NCBI GenBank assembly: GCA_963834385.1
Contig: CAWIBO010000002.1
Coordinates: 896,001-960,000 of the forward strand
Origin: an uncultured Verrucomicrobiae bacterium
Lineage (GTDB): Bacteria > Verrucomicrobiota > Verrucomicrobiia > Chthoniobacterales > UBA10450
Length of the DNA: 64,000 nucleotides
Direction of reading: 5' to 3'
Part shown: one piece after another, positions 40,004 through 49,542 of the stretch
Position numbering within the stretch: the first letter of the stretch is position 1
Layout of the letters: every line of letters starts with the position of its first letter
The notes under the pieces: generated by a model
What the model saw: the letters and a program-made list of their open reading frames with translations, nothing else
Database searches by the model: none
Told to the model about the DNA's origin: nothing
Translations under genes and position numbers: made by a program

Positions 40004-40594
40004 ATGACTGGTGACGCGATGCTGTGGCGCGTGGCGCGGATCGGTGCAGTGGTGGCGCCGATATTGTTGCTCGTCGGCGATTGCATCGCGATTTGGAGTT
40101 TTAATTCCATCTCGTGGACCGTGCTGCTTTGGCTGTCCTTTGTTTGTTTCGTTCCCCCGCTGGTGGGGCTGGTGATCGCGGTGAGCCGGTCGCGGCCGCT
40201 GCTGGCCGCTGTCGCCGGAGTGGTCGTTCTGATAGGCACAATGGCAGGTGCCGGGATGCAGGCATATTTTCGGACCGCAATCGCTCTACAGAACGGCGGG
40301 CAGGATGCCGCGCTCGCTTTTCTGCGCACGCAAGCTGTCATGCCGCTGACGACGCAGGCGCCGGGAATCGGGTTTCCGATGGGGTTGCTTTTGCTTGCGT
40401 TCGGTCTCTGGCGGAGCCGGCTTGCGGCATCATGGGTGCCGGTCACGCTCGCGCTGGGCGGGCTGCTATTCCCCGTCGGGCATGCCGTGCAAGTAAGCTG
40501 GGCGCTCGTGGCAGGCGATGTGGTGCTCGCGGTTGCGTTCGCTGCGCTGGGGATGCACGTCCTGCGTCCGGCAGGAGTTGCGGCGACGAGTTGA
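40004..40594 (+). CDS. Hypothetical membrane protein
   Basis: About 6 hydrophobic helices. Confidence 0.65.
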   Translation: MTGDAMLWRVARIGAVVAPILLLVGDCIAIWSFNSISWTVLLWLSFVCFVPPLVGLVIAVSRSRPLLAAVAGVVVLIGTMAGAGMQAYFRTAIALQNGGQDAALAFLRTQAVMPLTTQAPGIGFPMGLLLLAFGLWRSRLAASWVPVTLALGGLLFPVGHAVQVSWALVAGDVVLAVAFAALGMHVLRPAGVAATS

Positions 40595-40736
40595 TCGGCA
40601 AGGCGGCGGCGAACTTCGGTGCTCCATCTGAAATTGAAGAAGAGACTACTTCCCCCTCTGGGCTGGGGGTTGCTGCCCGGTGGACCTCAGACTGGTGCCG
40701 CGCCTAAGCTCGGTTGAAAGCGAACGAAGCGATTTT

Positions 40737-42638
40737 TTAGTAGTTGAGTTCCCCTGGGAGGGCGACGGTCTCGCGATAGGGCAAGCCCAACTCATACAGG
40801 GCGATCTCGGTGAGGAGTTGGTCAGTCAATGAACGCAGACCGCGCTTTTCGGCCGCTTCCAGGGCGCGGCGGGCGGTGGCGATCGCTTGCGAGAACTGGC
40901 CATTTTCGGCCTGGGCGGCGGCCAGGGTGTGAAGGAAGAAAGGATCGCTCCCGCCGGAGATTTCGTCTGCCCGGAGCGACAGCCCGAGCGCGCGCGGTCC
41001 GTCCCTCAACGAGTCATCCGGCGCGGTGGCCAAGACCCAGGCGAGGTTGGTTTGCGCCACCGGCGACGAAGGCTGCATCGCCAGGGCTCGCTTGTAACTC
41101 GCCACGGCTCCCCGGAGGCGTCCCTGTCGGTAACGGATTGCGCCGATCGAGTTATGGGCCCGGAAGTCTGGCCAGAGTTCGAGGCTTTCCTCGAAATGTT
41201 CCAAGGCCCTTTCCGACTCGCCTTTTTTCTCCGCTATATGGCCAAGGTTGTGGTGGACCGCGGCGAGCGTGACCGGTTGTTTCAGCGCGATCTCGAGCAC
41301 TTTGCGGAGATGCCATTCGGCTTCGTCCAGCTTTCCCTGTCGCAGCCGGATGATCCCAAGGTTGCCCTGGGCAAACCATGACCCCGGGTTCTTCGACGCC
41401 GAATCGGCATAACAGGCCTCGGCATCCTTGAAGGTGGCGCTGTGCCGCCAGGTTTGGGCCGTCAGAGCACCCAGGACCACCACGCCCAAGCCGATCCCGA
41501 CGTTCCGTCGCCAGACGGGCCCGCGCCCGAAATATGTAGCACCGACGGCGGCGAGCGGGGCCACGATCCCGATGATCGGAAGATATTGGAAATGGTCGGC
41601 GACCCAGCGCGAGAGAAAGATGCGGACATCGAAAAAACCGAGGACCGGAAACAGCAGAAGCGTGAAGAGGAACAAGCCGGCAAAGGCGCCGCGCCATTTT
41701 CGCCGGATCATCCACACGCTCGTGAGCAGGAGGAGCGCGCCGGCTGGGTAAAAATATTGCCACGCGGACGAGGCGCTGATGTTCCACCGCGGATACATCA
41801 TCATGAGCGGTTCGGGCCAGAAAATCTTGGCCAGGTAAAACCAGAAGGCCTGTCCCGCCAGGAGGATCCGCTCGACCGGTGAAAGATCGAAGCCCGGGCC
41901 TTTCGCCCCGCTAAACTCGCGTTCCATCCAGCCGGTGGCGACGGCCCCGGCGATGCCCAGGAGAAAAAAGGGGAGGAGCGGGCGAACGTCGCGCCGCCAT
42001 TCGATCCGACCGCGCCGCCACCAGAGCGCAATCAGGATGAGTGCCGGCAGAAAACCGGTCACGGTCTTGGCGAACAACCCGACCACGACAAAAAGGGCGG
42101 CCAGACCGTAAAACTTCCGGTCTCGAAGTTCATCAAACCGCAGATAGGCCAGCACCGCCGCGAAAAGGAAAAGGGCGGAGAGGATGTTCTTGAGCTCGTT
42201 CAGGTAGGCGACCGACTCAACCTGGACCGGGTGAAGGGCGAACAGGGCCGCGGCCAGCCACGCGCCCGGCATTTGCAGACGGCGAAGGATGGCAAACAGC
42301 AGGAGAGCGACGCCCACATGCAGGCTGATGTTCAGGAGATGGTGCCCCAGCATGGACGAGCCCCAGAGGCGGTCTCCCAGCCAAAAAACCGAATCAACCA
42401 GGGGATGGTATTGCTGGTAAAGGCTGGGCTTGACCCAGAAATTGACCAGACCTTCCACGGAACGATCCTCCGCCCGCGGGAGATGAAGCAGATCATCCGA
42501 AATCGGGCGGCCATGCCAGGCGGGCTGGTAGGCCAGGAGGGTCACCGCCAGCAGGCAGAGAGCGAAAACGCCGGCCCGGATCGTGCCGCTCCATGGGTCC
42601 AGGTCCCTCCGGGAATGAATCGGCGCAGCGGGTGACAT
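40737..42638 (-). CDS. TMTC-like GT-C membrane protein with C-terminal TPRs
   Basis: SDD, QYHPL, LFALHPVQVESVA, ADHFQYLP, then TPR helices. Confidence 0.85.
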   Translation of the reverse strand: MSPAAPIHSRRDLDPWSGTIRAGVFALCLLAVTLLAYQPAWHGRPISDDLLHLPRAEDRSVEGLVNFWVKPSLYQQYHPLVDSVFWLGDRLWGSSMLGHHLLNISLHVGVALLLFAILRRLQMPGAWLAAALFALHPVQVESVAYLNELKNILSALFLFAAVLAYLRFDELRDRKFYGLAALFVVVGLFAKTVTGFLPALILIALWWRRGRIEWRRDVRPLLPFFLLGIAGAVATGWMEREFSGAKGPGFDLSPVERILLAGQAFWFYLAKIFWPEPLMMMYPRWNISASSAWQYFYPAGALLLLTSVWMIRRKWRGAFAGLFLFTLLLFPVLGFFDVRIFLSRWVADHFQYLPIIGIVAPLAAVGATYFGRGPVWRRNVGIGLGVVVLGALTAQTWRHSATFKDAEACYADSASKNPGSWFAQGNLGIIRLRQGKLDEAEWHLRKVLEIALKQPVTLAAVHHNLGHIAEKKGESERALEHFEESLELWPDFRAHNSIGAIRYRQGRLRGAVASYKRALAMQPSSPVAQTNLAWVLATAPDDSLRDGPRALGLSLRADEISGGSDPFFLHTLAAAQAENGQFSQAIATARRALEAAEKRGLRSLTDQLLTEIALYELGLPYRETVALPGELNY

Positions 42639-42719
42639 GGAATAAATTTAGGGAAACCGGCGTTACCCGGATGGAGAAAGGTTGACACGATAATCTACGC
42701 TGAGCATAAAATCGCGGCG

Positions 42720-43517
42720 ATGAAGAAGTGTTTTGCCGTGATCGCCGCTGTTGTCCTTTCGTTTACCCTTCCGGTTATCGCCGGCCCGGAACCGTTCAAG
42801 TCCACCGCCAAGGAGGTCGCGCCTCTTCCTCCGCCGCCACTCTTTGACTGGACCGGCTTTTACGTCGGCGTGCAGGCGGGTTGGCGCATGAATGATTATC
42901 ATTGGAACGAGGCGGACAACGATCAGCGCGAAATCGATGTGGACGGAAATTTCGATGTCGGCTTCGCCGGTTTGCAAATCGGATACAACCGCCAGGTGGC
43001 GCGCTGGTTCGTCATCGGCGTGGAAGTCAGCGGCACCTACGGTCAATCGGACGACCATCAGACCCTCCGGATTACCGACACGCGCGAGATTCTGCATTTC
43101 GGGACGGAGAACGACTGGGGCAGCACGTTTGCCCTGCGCGCCGGATTTACCCTGCTGGAAAACAGGCTGCTGTTGTTCGCCAAGGGTGGCGGTGCGCTCA
43201 GTCACTGGAACTACGACTACGTAAACGACCAGACGCTCGCCAACAGCGCCATGCAGCCCCAGTTCGACCGGTGGCATGAGGAGGAAAACCGGATCAGCCC
43301 GCTGGTGGGCGCCGGGGCCGAGTATGCCATTGGCCGCCATTGGACCGCGAAAGCGGAATGGAACCGGGTCTTTGGCGGCAGCCGCACCCTGCGCAGCACC
43401 CTTCTGCGGGACGACGATCCGGATACGGAGGGGGCGGAAGGCGACATCTCCGGATACGGCCACAAGATCGATCTCGAGCAGGACAACGTCTTTCTTGGGC
43501 TGAACTACAAGTTCTAA
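42720..43517 (+). CDS. Outer-membrane beta-barrel protein (Omp25/31-like)
   Basis: Signal peptide, WTGFYVG, GLQIGYN, GAGAEYA, C-terminal GLNYKF. Confidence 0.88.
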   Translation: MKKCFAVIAAVVLSFTLPVIAGPEPFKSTAKEVAPLPPPPLFDWTGFYVGVQAGWRMNDYHWNEADNDQREIDVDGNFDVGFAGLQIGYNRQVARWFVIGVEVSGTYGQSDDHQTLRITDTREILHFGTENDWGSTFALRAGFTLLENRLLLFAKGGGALSHWNYDYVNDQTLANSAMQPQFDRWHEEENRISPLVGAGAEYAIGRHWTAKAEWNRVFGGSRTLRSTLLRDDDPDTEGAEGDISGYGHKIDLEQDNVFLGLNYKF

Positions 43518-43578
43518 CCGATCGCGCTCTTTTTCGAGGGGACGCCGGGGGAAGGTAGCCGGCGCTTCCCGAGTCTCT

Positions 43579-44496
43579 TCAACGCGGGAACCAGTCCCGG
43601 ACCAGGGCGCCGACCATGGACAGGCCGATGAGCGCATAGAGAGCGCGATACCGCGCCTGGAATGCGCGGATGCCGGCGGGCGTGAGCCCCGTCCGCAGGG
43701 TCTGGACCGACCAATAGAGGTGCAAGGGAAGGAACAGGGCGGCCAGGAGCACGAGCGGGCGCGGCAGAATGCCTGACCAGGCCAGGGAAGCCAGGTAGGC
43801 GTAACAAAGGGTAAACAGGCTCAGGCCGGCAAAGAAAGTCAGGCGCGCGCCGAAGAAGACCGCGTTGGTCCGCACCCTGTTTCCCCGATCGTAATCAAAG
43901 TCGCGCACCTCCTGGTTGAGATGGCCGGCGGTAAAAGTCAGGGCGAAAAATAGCCCCAGGAACACGGACCGCTGGTCCACCGCGGCGAAAAGGGAATATC
44001 CGAGAAGAAAGTGGAGCAACCCGCCAAGAAAATGGATCAGGGAGGAGATAACTGGTCGCCCCTTCCCGTTTAGCCACGGATGGGAGTAAACCATTCCGAG
44101 GACGGCAATGGTGCCGGCAAGGAGCAGGGTCTGGGTCGACAGGAAGAGAAAGAGCAACAGGCCGGCCCCGAGCAAGACCAGCGAGAAGAGCAACAGGGAC
44201 CTCGCGCCGGGCACGCTCTCGGACGCGCGAGGATTGAGCGGCCCCGGCGTGAGACCCTGGGCCGCATCAGCCCAGTCGTTGAAGACAAAGACGTGCGCCA
44301 CCAGGAGGAAACTCGCGACGGCAAACAGCAGAACCGTCGCGGCCATTTCAAGGCCAAGGGCGCCCATGGAGAAGGCGACCCCGAGGAAGGGCGCACCCTG
44401 TAAGACCACGATCTCGCCGAGCCGGGCCCGAAACTGGGTCCACGGGATGTACGGTTGGCATGGTGGCCGGAACAGCGTTTGTCGACGGTCGATCAA
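43579..44496 (-). CDS. UbiA-family prenyltransferase
   Basis: FNDWAD, YSHP...KG.P, NQEVRDFDYD...VRT, TM helices. Confidence 0.82.
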   Translation of the reverse strand: MIDRRQTLFRPPCQPYIPWTQFRARLGEIVVLQGAPFLGVAFSMGALGLEMAATVLLFAVASFLLVAHVFVFNDWADAAQGLTPGPLNPRASESVPGARSLLLFSLVLLGAGLLLFLFLSTQTLLLAGTIAVLGMVYSHPWLNGKGRPVISSLIHFLGGLLHFLLGYSLFAAVDQRSVFLGLFFALTFTAGHLNQEVRDFDYDRGNRVRTNAVFFGARLTFFAGLSLFTLCYAYLASLAWSGILPRPLVLLAALFLPLHLYWSVQTLRTGLTPAGIRAFQARYRALYALIGLSMVGALVRDWFPR

Positions 44497-44511
44497 CCAT
44501 TGGTGGTTCCA

Positions 44512-46122
44512 TCAGGGACGCCATTCGGAGGCCAGCAGGAGCGGGATGTTTTCATGTTCATGAACGCCCGGACTCTTCGACGCCACGAGTTCCATGCGCA
44601 CGGCATGCCGCCGCATAAAGCTTCCGAGTTGTTCCGACCACGCCATCCGATACGCGCTGAAACTCCAGCCAAACTCCGGGTCCGGCGCCGGCGTCAGCAT
44701 CATCGGCCGCCTGCCTTCCGGCGGAACATTCATTCCGCCCACGATCCAGATGCGATGTCCGGATTTCAAAGTGGCTCTCATTTCGCGCTCCAGTTCGTCG
44801 AGGGGGAAAAAAGCGCTCATTCTTTCCTTCAGGAGATCGTAACGGTTGATGCGATGCTCGCTCAGCGGCGGAACCGTGATCCAGCGGACCGGGCCTTGAT
44901 AATAGCGGTGAAAAGAGATCCCCAGCGACCACGGATTGACCACGATGAGATCGCCCGGGACTGCCGCTTCCTCCAGCTTTTGCGCAAGGCGATCGATGTT
45001 CGTCTGGCGCACCGTCACTTCCGGCCAGAGAAAAATGGGCAGCACGGCGGCCAGGCCGAGCGCGCAGACCATCCGGGCGACACGAACGCCGCGCCCGTCG
45101 CGCAGCACCGAGACCGCGAGGTCAAGGGCAGCGGCGAGCAAACAAATCAGCGCGAGGAAGTAGCGCGCGTTCGGTTCGTTTTGCAAAACCCACATGAAAG
45201 CGAAGCAGATCGCGCTGGTGCCGGCCATGGCGAGAAAGGCGAACGCGAGCAGGTCGCGCTCCGACCCGGGTTTGTCGGCGCCTTTCCCGGCCCGCCAGCG
45301 CCAGGCTCCGAAAAGAGAGAAAACAATCACGCCCGCCCAAATGAAGGCCATGACCGGCACCGGCGCGCCCCCGGCATTGAGCAACTGTCGGCCGAGCGAT
45401 GCAGCCGTGGGTTCCGCCGTGAGCACCATTGCGTAGTCCTTTGTCCCCTGGAAAACCCGGAGCAGATAGGGAACGTAGGACAACCCACAGACGAGTCCGA
45501 CCCCGGCCAGGAGCGCGGCCCACTTGAACCTTCGCCGCCGTAAAAGAACTACGAACGCGGCCAGAAGAATTCCGGGGACCAGCGCCCCGTTAAAATAAAG
45601 GCAATGCATGCCGGCGAGATAAACCGCGAAGGACGCAGCCAGTTTTTGGGGAGACGGTTCGGTGATCAGTTTTGCGGTGACGGTAAACGCGAGGATGATC
45701 AGGACACCGCCGAGGCCGTAACCACGAATGGAAGTGCCGGTGGTCAGGAAAACCGAGTTCAGGCCGGCCAGGGCCAGGAGCACAAGGGGCACATCGCGCC
45801 GAAGCGTTCGGGAATGGAACCAGGCGACTCCGATGAGGGCGACGCCTACGAAAAAGCCGAAAACGCGCAGGGCCAGATCGCTCGTGCCCGTGAGCGCGGT
45901 GTAAGCCCGCACGATGGTCGGGAACAACAGCGGAAACGAAGTGTATTGCGCGTTCGTCACCATCTCGGCCACGCCGGGCATCCGCGCCAGTTGCAGGGCG
46001 TCGCATTCGTCGCGCCAGAGCGCGCCGGCATGCCAGGCCTGCACGGCCAGGAGAGCAAGCACCACCGCCGTCAGGAAAAGGGCGGCCAGCGTTTCCGCGC
46101 GTTTCAGGTTGAACCCGGCCAT
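44512..46122 (-). CDS. GT-C fold membrane glycosyltransferase-like protein
   Basis: LWRDE after TM1, RGYG, ~12 TMs, periplasmic C-terminal domain. Confidence 0.7.
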   Translation of the reverse strand: MAGFNLKRAETLAALFLTAVVLALLAVQAWHAGALWRDECDALQLARMPGVAEMVTNAQYTSFPLLFPTIVRAYTALTGTSDLALRVFGFFVGVALIGVAWFHSRTLRRDVPLVLLALAGLNSVFLTTGTSIRGYGLGGVLIILAFTVTAKLITEPSPQKLAASFAVYLAGMHCLYFNGALVPGILLAAFVVLLRRRRFKWAALLAGVGLVCGLSYVPYLLRVFQGTKDYAMVLTAEPTAASLGRQLLNAGGAPVPVMAFIWAGVIVFSLFGAWRWRAGKGADKPGSERDLLAFAFLAMAGTSAICFAFMWVLQNEPNARYFLALICLLAAALDLAVSVLRDGRGVRVARMVCALGLAAVLPIFLWPEVTVRQTNIDRLAQKLEEAAVPGDLIVVNPWSLGISFHRYYQGPVRWITVPPLSEHRINRYDLLKERMSAFFPLDELEREMRATLKSGHRIWIVGGMNVPPEGRRPMMLTPAPDPEFGWSFSAYRMAWSEQLGSFMRRHAVRMELVASKSPGVHEHENIPLLLASEWRP

Positions 46123-46126
46123 GATC

Positions 46127-47339
46127 TTAAGACCCCTCCGAACGGTCCGACGGCATGCTGCGGGCGATTCGTTGCGGTCGAAGCGGCCGAATTCCGAGGC
46201 CAAGACGCTGAATCAATCCCACCGAACCGACCAGGCCGTCAGCGAGGACGCGCGGCAGCATCATCGGCAGGCCCACCGCACAAAAGGCCGTCACGGAAAG
46301 AAACGAGGGGCGCACCCGGCGCAGGACCCGGCGTTCATAGACACGGCCTTTGTCGTCCGGGGCGATGCGATCGTCGCCCAAGACGCCTGCGGCGATGCGG
46401 CCGGAATCGATGGCAAAGGAAATTCCTTCCCCGGAGAGCGGATGAATCAGCGAAGCGGCGTCGCCCAAGCAAAAGATACCCCGGACCCCAGAGGCGGCGG
46501 GTGAGTCGTCCGTTCCATTTGAACTTCGCGAGATTGAGCGGATAACCAGTGGCCGTTCCCTCGAAACGACCCGCGCCCAAATAGTCGCGGACTTCCCGCG
46601 TCTGGCAGTAGTGGCGGAACCGTTCGCGCAGGATTCGGTTGTTGGTGGTGTTGCCGTAACCAATGTTCGCGCAACGTTCGCCATCTTTGACGAACGGAAA
46701 AATCCAGAAGTAACCGCGATGCTCGAGATCGAAGAAGAAGATCAGGCCTTCCGTGGTCTCGGGGATGCCCCGGACATACTGGCGCAGGGCGTGGATGACG
46801 TAGTCGCCGTCGGTCGGACCAGTGGCGCGGCGCACCAGGCTCCGGCTGCCATCCGCGCCCACCACCAGATGCGCGGTGACTGTCCGTTTTCCTTCCTCCG
46901 TCTGTAAATGCACCCCGCGCACCCGGTCCCGCTCCATGAGGAGATCGGTCACGGAGGCGTTCTCCAGGGTCTCCGCGCCTGCCGCAACCGTGGCCTGCCA
47001 GAGCGCATGGTCAAACTCGAGCCGAGGAACGACGTCGAGGGTCCGGCCTTCGCGGCGGAGGCAGCCGCCCGGGTAATGCAGGATCTGAAGCTCCGTGAAC
47101 GAACGGGAGGGCGTCAACGCCGCCAGCTCCGGAAAGACTTCCCGCAAACTCGGGATGGCCTGGTAGGTGAGACCATCCCCGCAGATTTTATCGCGCGGGA
47201 ACCGCGCCTTATCGAGCAGGAGCACCCGCTGCTTTGTTTTCCCGGCGAGAAGCGAACGGACAAAGGCGCAACCCGCCGGACCTCCCCCCACGACGATGAC
47301 ATCGTAGTCCGGCTGCTCTTCTCCCCTTAAACTCTTCAT
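46127..47339 (-). CDS. Geranylgeranyl-reductase-family flavoprotein, frameshift near 46470
   Basis: VGGGPAG, FPRDKICGDG, R..FD..L, GADG, GYFWIFP; GDAA.LIHPLSGEGI in the shifted frame. Confidence 0.88.
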
Positions 47340-47541
47340 GGCGCCGTAAAGACCGGACTCTCCCGGCGATTACAGCGGTTCCGCAGGTGAAACAAGAGCA
47401 GATTCACCACGATGCGGTTCCTTGGGCGCGCAAGGATCCGGGCGAGGAGCATCGGGGCCGCATCGATGCGGGAAAATGGGTCTCGCCGTTTCAACGGCGG
47501 CGAGACCCCTTCTTCCTGCAGAGAGCCCTTGGCGGGAATTC

Positions 47542-47898
47542 CTACTTGTCGGTCATCGTTGGCCGGCGGGTCGCGCCAGGCCGTGGTGTCGCGGAAGGCG
47601 TTGGAGTGGCCTTCGCCGCCGGGGTGGCACTAGCCTTGGGAGTGGCCGTTGGACTCGGGCTCGGTTTCTGGGGAGGCCTTGGGATGTTACCCAAATTTTT
47701 TGTGGCAGAGTCTCGATCAATTTCCGCCTGAGTAGGGGAGCTTAAAGTAGTTTTGTCCTGTTTAACCGTCTCGCTGTATTCGGTGTTGGGAGCACGCGTG
47801 CCCGACGGAACAGGCGAAGGCGTGGGTGTTTGCGCGGGTGAGAGGGTCACTCCCAGAACGAGCGAGGCACAGATCAATGACGGCAGGGTCGGTTTCAT
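47542..47898 (-). CDS. Secreted Pro/Thr/Ser-rich hypothetical protein
   Basis: Signal peptide followed by QTPTPS; low complexity. Confidence 0.65.
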   Translation of the reverse strand: MKPTLPSLICASLVLGVTLSPAQTPTPSPVPSGTRAPNTEYSETVKQDKTTLSSPTQAEIDRDSATKNLGNIPRPPQKPSPSPTATPKASATPAAKATPTPSATPRPGATRRPTMTDK

Positions 47899-48090
47899 CC
47901 CAGCGGGTTTAGCGGTTTCTTTGCAGAACGCATAGATAAATGTCGTCATGTCATCCAGGTGATGAAGAGATGAGCGGACGGGAGCGCGCGCAAAACTGCA
48001 CCGTCAAAAATCGCAATTCATGACTCCCGTCTTGACTTCCGGCACGGGAACGGATGTCGTGCAAAAGCGAAGACGGACGGTATTTCTGCC

Positions 48091-48789
48091 ATGACATCAC
48101 CCTCGCCGGTCCCCAAAGCGCGGCTGGCCGGGCTCTGCTGGTTGCTCTGCTTCGTCGCGAGCGCCTTTGGCCTGTTTGTTGGGACCAGGTTGATTGTCCC
48201 CGGCAAGGCGGCGGAAACAGCCGCCAATCTTCTCGCGCACGAGATGCTTTTCCGCGCCGGCACCAGCGCCATGCTGGTCTCCGGCGCTTTTTATCTCGCT
48301 GCGACCCTGCTGGTTTATCAACTGCTGAAACCAGTCAATCGCACCATCGCGCTCCTCGGCGTTTTCTTCAGCCTCACGGGATGCGCCGTCGGGGCAATCG
48401 TCTGCCTTCTCGATTTTGTGCCTCTGCTCCTGTTGAAAAACGCTGCCTATGCGAATGCGCTGGGCCTGGAACAGGTGCAGTGGCTGGCGCTGCTCTCCCA
48501 GCAGGTTCGGGCGCAGGCCAACAACCATGTCGGACTTGTTTTTTTTGGACTCCACTGTTTGACCGTGGGCTTCCTGATTGTGCGCTCGACTTTCCTGCCC
48601 CGTTTCCTCGGCCTCTTTATGCTCTTTGCCGGGATTGGCTGGCTCACCTTTCTTTGGCCGCCCTTCGCCCGCCTTCTGGCACCGTATAACATGCTGCCCG
48701 GCGCGCTCGGCGAGCTCGTGCTCAGTCTTTGGCTCCTGGTGAAGGGAGTGCACGAAACGCGCTGGCTGAAACAGGCCGGCCGGGATTGA
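48091..48789 (+). CDS. DUF4386-family membrane protein
   Basis: ARLAG, LLKPVN, FFGLH, GELVLSLWLLVKGV. Confidence 0.85.
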   Translation: MTSPSPVPKARLAGLCWLLCFVASAFGLFVGTRLIVPGKAAETAANLLAHEMLFRAGTSAMLVSGAFYLAATLLVYQLLKPVNRTIALLGVFFSLTGCAVGAIVCLLDFVPLLLLKNAAYANALGLEQVQWLALLSQQVRAQANNHVGLVFFGLHCLTVGFLIVRSTFLPRFLGLFMLFAGIGWLTFLWPPFARLLAPYNMLPGALGELVLSLWLLVKGVHETRWLKQAGRD

Positions 48790-48790
48790 A

Positions 48791-49498
48791 ATGAACGATC
48801 ACCCTGTAATCACCAGTGCGCAGCACAAAGCCGCCCGGCTGGCGGGCGCGCTTTACCTCGTGCAAATGGCGGTCGCCATCTTCGGACAGGTGCTGGTGCG
48901 CGACCGACTCGTGGCCGGCGGCGACGCCGCCCGGACGGCGCAGAATATCCTCGAGAACATGCGCCTCTTCCGGCTCTCCATCGCTGGCGATCTTCTCGTT
49001 TATACCACGGTGATTGTCCTGGTCTGGACACTTTATGTCATTCTTCGACCGGTACAACGGGAGGGAGCCCTGCTCGCCGTTCTTTTTCGGCTGGCGGAGA
49101 ACGCGGTGCTTTGCGCTTCCACGGTTTGCGCCATGCTGGCGGCGAGGCTGATCCAGCCGCCCGACTACCTCAACACCTTCGCCCCGGACCAATTGCAATC
49201 GCTTGCCCGGCTGATCCTCGGCACGCAGGGACTGACCATGAATGTTGGCTTTATCCTGCTCGGCTTCGGTTCCGCCATCTTTGCCTGGCTCTTCCTCAAG
49301 TCGGGCTACGTTCCGAAAATCATCGCTGGCTGGGGCATCTTTGCCTCGCTCATCCTGGCCCTGGTCACGCTGGCCGCCATCGTTTTCCCCGAGCTGAGGG
49401 CGACTCTCGGTCTCACCTTCATGATGCCGATGTTCGTCTATGAGGTGGGGCTGGGCCTCTGGCTGCTGATAAAGGGGATTCGCGCGCCCGTCGCCTAA
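48791..49498 (+). CDS. DUF4386-family membrane protein
   Basis: AARLAGALYL, KSGYVPK, EVGLGLWLLIKGI. Confidence 0.85.
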   Translation: MNDHPVITSAQHKAARLAGALYLVQMAVAIFGQVLVRDRLVAGGDAARTAQNILENMRLFRLSIAGDLLVYTTVIVLVWTLYVILRPVQREGALLAVLFRLAENAVLCASTVCAMLAARLIQPPDYLNTFAPDQLQSLARLILGTQGLTMNVGFILLGFGSAIFAWLFLKSGYVPKIIAGWGIFASLILALVTLAAIVFPELRATLGLTFMMPMFVYEVGLGLWLLIKGIRAPVA

Positions 49499-49542
49499 GG
49501 TTCGGCGCTGGATGATCAGGCCGCGCGGCGTTTAAAGAGCAA

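Noticed and set aside
38122..40736. Integron cassettes or genomic island around the serine hydrolase
   Set aside because: Composition looks slightly different, but no attC-like RYYYAAC...GTTRRRY sites, integrase or boundary repeats were found.
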